Origin: the human T2T-CHM13v2.0 reference genome, Homo sapiens | Reading direction: 5' to 3' | NCBI GenBank assembly: GCA_009914755.4 | Contig: CP068257.2 | Span: forward strand, 40,768,001 to 40,832,000 | Length of the DNA stretch: 64,000 nt | Shown here: in pieces, positions 57,089 through 64,000 of the stretch | How the letters are laid out: each line of letters opens with the position of its first letter | Numbering within the stretch: position 1 is the first letter of the stretch | The notes under the pieces: model-generated | What the model was told of the DNA's origin: nothing | Databases searched by the model: none | Seen by the model: the letters and a program-made list of their open reading frames with translations, nothing else | Position numbers and translations under genes: made by a program

Positions 57089-57840
57089 GAGTTATAGAGT
57101 TATAGAGTTAGTTATAGAGTTATAGAGTCATGGAGTTATAGAGTTAGTTATAGAGTTAGAATCATAGAGTTATAGAGTCATAGAGTTATAGAGTTAGAGT
57201 TATGGAGTTATAGAGTTATAGAGTTGTTATAGAGTTATAGAATTATAGAGTTAGTTATAGAGTTATAGAGTCATAGATTTATAGAGTTATAGAGTTAGTT
57301 ATAGAGTTATAGAGTCATAGATTTATAGAGTTATAGAGTTAGTTATAGAGTTATAGAGTCATAGATTTATAGAGTTATAGAGTTAGTTATAGAGTTATAG
57401 AGTCATAGAGTTGTAGAGTTATAGAGTTATAGAGTTATGGAGCCATAGAGTTATAGAGTCATAGAGTTATAGAGTTAGTTATAGAGTTATAGAGTCATAG
57501 AATTATAGAGTTAGTTATAGAGTTATAGAGTCATAGAGTTATAGAGTTATAGAGTCATAAAATTATAGAGTTAGAGTTACAGAGTCATAGATTTATAGAG
57601 TTAATTATAGAGTTAGAGTCATAGAGTTATAGAGTTATAGAGTCATAGTGTTACAGAGTTATAGAGTTAATTATAGAGTTATAGAGCTATAGAGTCATAG
57701 AGTTATAGAGTTAGTTATAGAGTTATAGAGCTATAGAGTCATAGAGTTATAGAATTAGAGTTATAGAGTTATAAAGTCATAGAGTCATAGAGTTATAGAG
57801 TTAGTTATAGAGCTATAGAGTTAGAGTCATAGAGTTATAG
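57089..57840. repeat. Minisatellite of about 750 bp built from the 8-bp unit tatagagt, with variants catagagt, tagttatagag and ctatagag. It lies in UBASH3A intron 10.
   Basis: Direct reading: roughly 90 units. Confidence 0.95.
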
Positions 57841-59017
57841 CACTTGCTGAGTGCAGTGGTGAGAATACTGCACTCCCCGACAACTGATTCCAGACTCCCA
57901 GTGTGAGCTCCCAGGACACTGAGTCGGGAGGAGATGGTGGTCCCAGGCCTCTGTCCCTGGCTTGCAGGTGACATTTTCTGTCTTCCTCTTCTCTTCTCTG
58001 CATGTCTCTGTGCACAGATTTCCCCTTTTAGAAGGGCACTGTCACACTGGATTAGAGCCCACCCTAATTTAATTGATTGAGGTGCATACCCTTATTTTAA
58101 CTTATCACTCTGTAAAAATCCTGTTTCCAAATGAGTCACATTCTAAGGCACCAAGGGTGAGGACTCTAACATGTTTTTCAAGGGAGGGGATACAGTTCAA
58201 CCCAGAAGAGCCTCCACTGAAACCTCGCTCATCAGCTTTCAGGCTGTGCAATTTTTGTGCTGTAGGGACTCCCATATTTCCCTGAGAGCAGGGCTTCCAG
58301 TATCACAGGGGGAAAGGCAGAGTACAGGCTTTTCCTTCCACGAGCTTCAGTGGGTCTTGAGTTTTCTCAAACGACCACAAATGTGAAGCCCCGCCCATTT
58401 CTGAGCTCACAGTGGTGCAGATCCAAAGCCCAGGCCCACGAGGCTGCTTCTCTGCTGAAGGTCTTAAAGCCTGAAGTCAAGGTCTCTGCTGGGCTGAGTT
58501 TTCATTGGGAGCTCAAGTCTCCTTCCAGACTCATTCTGCTGTTGGCCAAATTCAGATCCTTGCAGTGGGAGGACTGAGGTCTGTTCCTTGCTGGCTGTTA
58601 GCTGGGGGCTGCTCCCAGCCCTAGTAGAGGCTGCCCACATTCCTTGCCATGTGGTCCCCTCCATCTTTGCAGCCAGCAATGGAGAATGTTTTGCTGAATC
58701 CTTCTCACTTCACACTTCTCTGACTTTTTTCCATGACTGGCTGGAGATAATCACTGCTTTTAATGGGCTCACCAACTTGTCAGCCCCACCTTGGATCCCT
58801 TCCCTTCTGCCATAGGATGTAATTGTCCCAGGAGCAACAGATCATTCTGGTCATGGGTTCCACCCATACTTGGAGGCTGTGCAGGGTGTGTCACACCAGG
58901 GGGTGGAAACCCGGGGCCCTTTGAGGACCCTGCCTACCACAGGGAGCACATGGCTCATCTGCCATCAGAGGCTAGAATTATGAAGGGGCATTTTCTGCCT
59001 TTTTCACTATTTTCCAG

Positions 59018-59110
59018 GGGACGCGCTACTGGACAGTGGTATCAGAATCAGCTCTGTGTTTGCCTCCCCAGCCCTCCGCTGTGTGCAGACGGCCAAACTC
59101 ATCCTGGAAG
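59018..59110 (+). CDS. UBASH3A: UBASH3A exon 11: (G)DALLDSGIRISSVFASPALRCVQTAKLILE plus one base.
   Basis: The acceptor ttttccag ends at 59017 and the donor gtcagt is at 59111. I could not find exon 12 between 59111 and 64000; it is presumably beyond the window. Confidence 0.88.
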
Positions 59111-61160
59111 GTCAGTGAGAACCTCGGTGAGCCTCTCCTACTGCCTTGACCTTGGGGCTATTCTCCAAGGGGAGTGGGAAGGGAGTGGAGGTGGAATTGG
59201 ATGACTGGCAATGAATGCCCACACCAAAGTCATCAGGCAAGTACGAGCCAGCCCTCCAAGGATGCTGGCAGGCATGCTGGGTCCGTGAGCGTGTCTGGAA
59301 TACCAGGACCGTCAGACCAGTAGGGGCTGGTGTAGCTAAATGCCAGGGCCTGTCCTCATACCGTTTCTCTTTGGCCTCCGTCAGCTAGGCATTTTTAAAA
59401 TACACCTGGAAAGCGGCATTCGAAAACCTTGAGAGCTGGGAACTGCTACGGTTCCTTGTAAGTCTGAATTGCATGACCCTTCCCAGGGCAATGCACTGGG
59501 CCAGTGGAGCTGTCCAGCGTCCTCAAGGGCTGATGTGTGTCAGGAAGTCCTGGGCAGACCCTTCTGCAGCTCCCATCTACGGGAAGAAGAAAGTTCCTGC
59601 CCATAGGAGAGCAGCTTGTTCCAGAGGCCTGGGCTCTGCCTTCAGCCTGAACCCTGTCCTGCTCCTCTTTGTCTGGGAAGAGGGATAAGATCTCGGTCCC
59701 CAGGCAGGGACTGGCCGTGGCCAGGAGCATGGGTGACATGCGAGAGAGCATGTCGCCTCCATGGTGACAAGGGAGAGGGCAGAGCACACAGACACAGATG
59801 CAGCAGGAGGGCAAATGTGGGGGACAGGGCTTGCCTCGACTTTCTCAGAGACCTAGGAAGTAAGGCCACCAGCGGAAAGTGGGGGCAGGGACTGTGGGAA
59901 GTTTGGGGTGCACCGAAGGAATGAATGGCTGTCAGGCAGAGGGGCCCAGGACATGGGCTGGGAGATGCAGAGTGACCGCTGGGCAGCACTCAGAGCCCAC
60001 CCACAGTTCATGAGCATGAGTTTAAATGGAGATGCATCAGCCGGGCTAGGGGGTCTCTTCCAGCTTAGACCGGGAGTAGGTGGAGAGTGGGATGCAGGTA
60101 AGGGCAGGGTTGAGCTGTGAGTACGGTGGAGCCAGAGGGGACAGGAAGACTTGAGGGCATAGTGAGGGGGTGACCGTGCCCATGGACTTTCAGCTGGGTC
60201 AGCGAGGAGGCCGAGCACGGGGGAGGTGAGTGCAGGAGAAAGGAGGTGATCTGAGTGAGGCTCAAGGTCCACGAGGGGGCTGCTTGGAGACAGCAGAGTT
60301 TGGCACTGCACCATGGCGGGGCTGCAGTGGCTAGAATGACAAGTCCCAGGTGGAAGGAATGGATGCTCAAGGCAGGGAGGAAGCCACGTCCTGCAGGAGG
60401 TGGGCAGGAATGGAGGGGCCATGGAGGAGCCATCCCGCAGATGGTGGTCTTGCTGGGACTTGCACATGGGGCCACATCAGAGCTGGGGCCACGAGGGGCC
60501 GGGACCTTCACAGGAGGAGCCGTTGGGACAGCAGTGGATTCAATGCACACATGTGCATTGCCGGTTCCCATGTCCTCAGATCCCCTTCGCCCCGTCAGAG
60601 ACGCTCCCTCAGAGCACCTTCAAATCCAGGTGCCCAGGAAGCCCCAGCCAGGAGCGGACCTGGTTCCACCCCGGAGCCTCTCAGGCTCATCATTCCTGTC
60701 CTGTGCTCTCATGAACTTTCCATCCCATAGTCCAGTCCTAGTTTCACGAGGCACAGAAATCCATTGTATCAGCATGGAGCATCCACGATCCACCTTCCAC
60801 ACACTTAAAAATGTCAAGACACTTTCTGCCCACCTCAGTCTTGCAGCTTCATCCTTTCATTTCCCACCCAACTGTGGCACAGGACCCCACCCCTCTGCAC
60901 GGCATCTCGGGTCACAAGACAGAAATGCAGACTTACTTCACTTTGCCTTGGAGGTTCCCATGTTGATTGCATCACGGCACCTCTGGGCTCTCAATGAGCC
61001 AGATGAAGATCAAAGAACAATATCAGCTTCTTTGACCAAACCACGAAAGGACTCGCGAATCCCCAAAGGCCTGACGGCAGTGTAGCCGGAGGCCAGAGGC
61101 AGCTCCACCCGAGGGCAAGCAAGGCTTCCACAATCCTTGTCTCTCCTCACAACGCTGGCA

Positions 61161-61581
61161 TGCACATACACAGCACACACATCCACACACACCACACACA
61201 CACCACACGCCACACACACACTACACACACCCACACACACACCATGCACACCCACACACCACACACACCCACACACACCACACACACCCACACACACTAC
61301 ACATACACACCACACACCACACACACACCACACACCACACACACCACCTACACCCACACACACCCACACACAACACACAACACACACACCACACACATAA
61401 CATACAACACGCTGAACACACATACCACACACACACCACACACCTCACACACACCACACACATACACACACCACACACACGACACACACCACACATCCAC
61501 ACACACACCACACCCCACACACACCCACACACCACACACACAACACACACCCACACACACACCACACACACCACATACACC
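61161..61581. repeat. CA-rich (CACAC/ACCAC)n tract of about 420 bp in UBASH3A intron 11.
   Basis: Direct reading. It generates the histidine/threonine-rich artefactual ORFs in the track. Confidence 0.95.
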
Positions 61582-62583
61582 CCTTGGGGTTTCACTTGGG
61601 GGCTGAGTCACAGACCGCAGAGGAGGAGGCTGTGATCTTTGAGAGCCATGACCCCAGCCCAGGTGACAGGGTCCCGCGATGTCCGCCTCTCCCTGTTCCC
61701 ATGCTCACAGCAGCAGGTCCAGCCTTCGTGTTTTCAGGAAGGCCTGAGAAACAGGACGTGGCCTTTCCAGCTCTGCGCTTTGGGAGGGACGAGGGTGGCA
61801 AGATCAGAAATGTGAAGGGGCAGGGTCTCCGAGTATCTGGGGACCCTTCAGTGTGAGGGTGGCTCTTAATAACTATGATGGAATAAAGCAAAATTGATAT
61901 ATAGCAATTTCATCCCTGGTTGTTTAGGATCAATGTATTTATAATTAACCAAACACCTATAATCATAAGATGTGAACCAAGCAAGAAATGCACACAAATA
62001 TATGACAAGAGGGGAACAGGCCTGTGCCTCAGTTTCCCCTCTTCTCCCCTGTCGCTGGTCTTTGCACCCCACCACTCAGTGAGCGCATTTTGTTGGAAAC
62101 CACCTAAGATGCTGCTGTTCTTCCACTAAGTTTCAGAATCACTTTGGTTTCTGCCACTGGCTGGCCGCCCACTAGCAGGCCGTGCGAGAGTCCCCAGGTC
62201 GCCTGTGCCTGCCAGGCCAGCAACAACAGTCTCCTCTCACTGGGGCTTTTACTGCCTCAGCCTGCAAGTTTCCCTTCTAGTGAAAACCTTCGTCTTTCTT
62301 TCCCTACCCAACCTCTCTCACCACGATAACAACAACGAATAAAAAAGGAATCTCTTGGCCAGCCTTTGTAATAAAAGAATACGACTGACTGAAAACACTT
62401 CATAATTTTATCTTTTTTTTGTCATTGTTCGTGGTTCCTCATTAACACACTTATTCCCATTTTTGGTGGATTTTTTTACTTCTATTATTTGGGTCACTTG
62501 CATATAAAAAGCTTTCAAAAATGTCTTTTGCCAGCAATAATGTCAAAATCTTTAATGTGATCTCTCAGTGACCTTTAAGTGCA

Positions 62584-62617
62584 GATGATGATGATGGTGA
62601 TGATGATGGTGATGATG
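62584..62617. repeat. (GAT/GGT)n trinucleotide run.
   Basis: Direct reading of the sequence. Confidence 0.9.
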
Positions 62618-62928
62618 CCTGTTTAAAGGGCATGGGTTTATAAATCCTCTGTTAATTCAGAAAAACAAGGACACCCAGTCTTCTTTACAAGGCCTCAGAC
62701 ATGATCAACCTGCTTATCAGATGGTGTCTGAGATGCTAAGGTGCTCAACTTTGTTTAAATTCAATGTCAGAGAATGTCCACATGAACCATTTCACAGCCA
62801 AGTCCACAAAACACTGGCCTGCAAGAGGTCTTCAAAGGAAAGAGACCCATGGCCACACCTGTCTGGGAAGCTCTCACACTGTTCCTTCATCTTATTTGTT
62901 CACAATGGAAATGAGCTCTTCACAGGCT

Positions 62929-63252
62929 TGGGGGAGATTTCGGGGGCCTGGTTAATCAGGGAGGACTTGGGGGCCCAGTTGATGGGGGAGGACTCGGGGG
63001 CCTGGTTGATGGAGGAGGACTTGGGGGCCTGGTTGATGAAGGAGGACTCGGGGGCCTGGTTGATGGGGGAGGACTCAGGGGCCTGGTTGATGGAGGAGGA
63101 CTCGGGGGCCTGGTTGGATGGGGGAGGACTCGGGAGCCTGGTTGATGGGGGAGGACTCGGGGGCCTGGTTGATGGGGGAGGACTTGGAGGTCTGGTTGAT
63201 GAAGGAGGACTTGGGGGCCTGGTTGATTGGGGAGAACTTGGGGGCCTGATTA
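62929..63252. repeat. 27-bp minisatellite, about 12 units (consensus ggaggacttgggggcctggttgatgga).
   Basis: Direct reading. It corresponds to the 9-aa periodicity (EDSGAWLMG) in ORF 62721..63263, which is an artefact. Confidence 0.95.
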
Positions 63253-64000
63253 ACTTGCTTTAACTCTCTTTTCTAAGCATGCTTGATGAAAGAGCTCCTT
63301 CCATGGACCTAAAACACATTTGAGGAACTGATTTTATGTCCAGCATTTGAGTTCAATGACATCTTCTCCATTCCCAGTGAAAACATTCAGGTCTTTTTTT
63401 CCACTCAAAAAGAGATGGCCTTACTTTATGGCTCTTCCTTTAATCAAAATATAAAATGCTTGGGAAATGTGAGTTGCAGGGAGTCAGAATATTCCAGAAG
63501 ATGGCTCCTTCCATTCTTCACCTCTTGCCCCGTCTGTGTAAGTGTTTATCAGGAAAGTGCCTCATGAGGCCAACATTCTTCATGATGGGTCACATCTTGT
63601 CCATTGATCATTGGATCTGCCATGTTGGAGGATGCAGCCGGTGGGCTGGTTTCACGGTGGAGCTGTGCTGGGTGCTCAGGTGAGCCCCAGCCTAAGCCTG
63701 CTGCCTGGGACACTCACCAGCTCCTGGAAGACTCTGGCCCTTCCTGGCACACAGGGGGCCATCACTCCTCTGATACCTTCCCACTGCTCGTCAGTTTTGA
63801 CTTCAGAAATAGCACAGCTATGCCTAATCACAGAACGGTATTTGCCAAGAAGAAAATCACACTGTTTAAAAGGCATGATTTAGACATGTGTGTGACGGTC
63901 TGAGATCTAAAAGGAGACTTATTTATGCAAAGTCAGGGTGGATGTTGAGGATGATAAACACTTGTATTCTGTTGAATCCAGAACTCAAACTGGAGAAAAA

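Noticed and set aside
60255-61085. A 276-aa plus-strand ORF and overlapping ORFs in UBASH3A intron 11.
   Set aside because: It is GC-rich intronic sequence upstream of the CA tract. It does not continue the exon 11 reading frame through any plausible acceptor, and I recognise no homology to the UBASH3A C-terminus or anything else.

Overview
This window is human genomic DNA from chr21q22.3, carrying TMPRSS3 and UBASH3A as a head-to-head gene pair. It is not a prokaryotic or viral locus. The evidence for a primate origin is dense Alu content, L1 and MaLR repeats, and GT-AG introns with polypyrimidine tracts. TMPRSS3 runs on the minus strand: coding exons 2-10 sit at coordinates 1588-16986, with the ATG at 16986..16984, and exons 11-13 lie upstream of coordinate 1. 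UBASH3A (STS-2/TULA) runs on the plus strand: the ATG is at 25484, coding exons 1-11 reach 59110, and the remaining exons lie beyond 64000. The roughly 8.5 kb between the two gene starts is mostly L1 and Alu sequence. Every exon call rests on my own translation of the sequence matching my recalled protein sequences, with matching splice signals and consistent reading phase across exons. Several exons are missed or only partly covered by the supplied ORF track because they are short or carry split codons. I found no gene system beyond these two known genes. The hunt section therefore reports structural oddities: large purine/pyrimidine and minisatellite tracts inside UBASH3A introns, a long pyrimidine mirror-repeat tract in a TMPRSS3 intron, inverted Alu pairs, a head-to-head pair of L1 fragments, a duplicated intronic segment ending in a perfect 17-bp palindrome, and coding alleles at two known UBASH3A polymorphic codons. 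Coordinates for repeats are approximate, within about 5 bp. Exon boundaries were checked base by base against the numbered lines.
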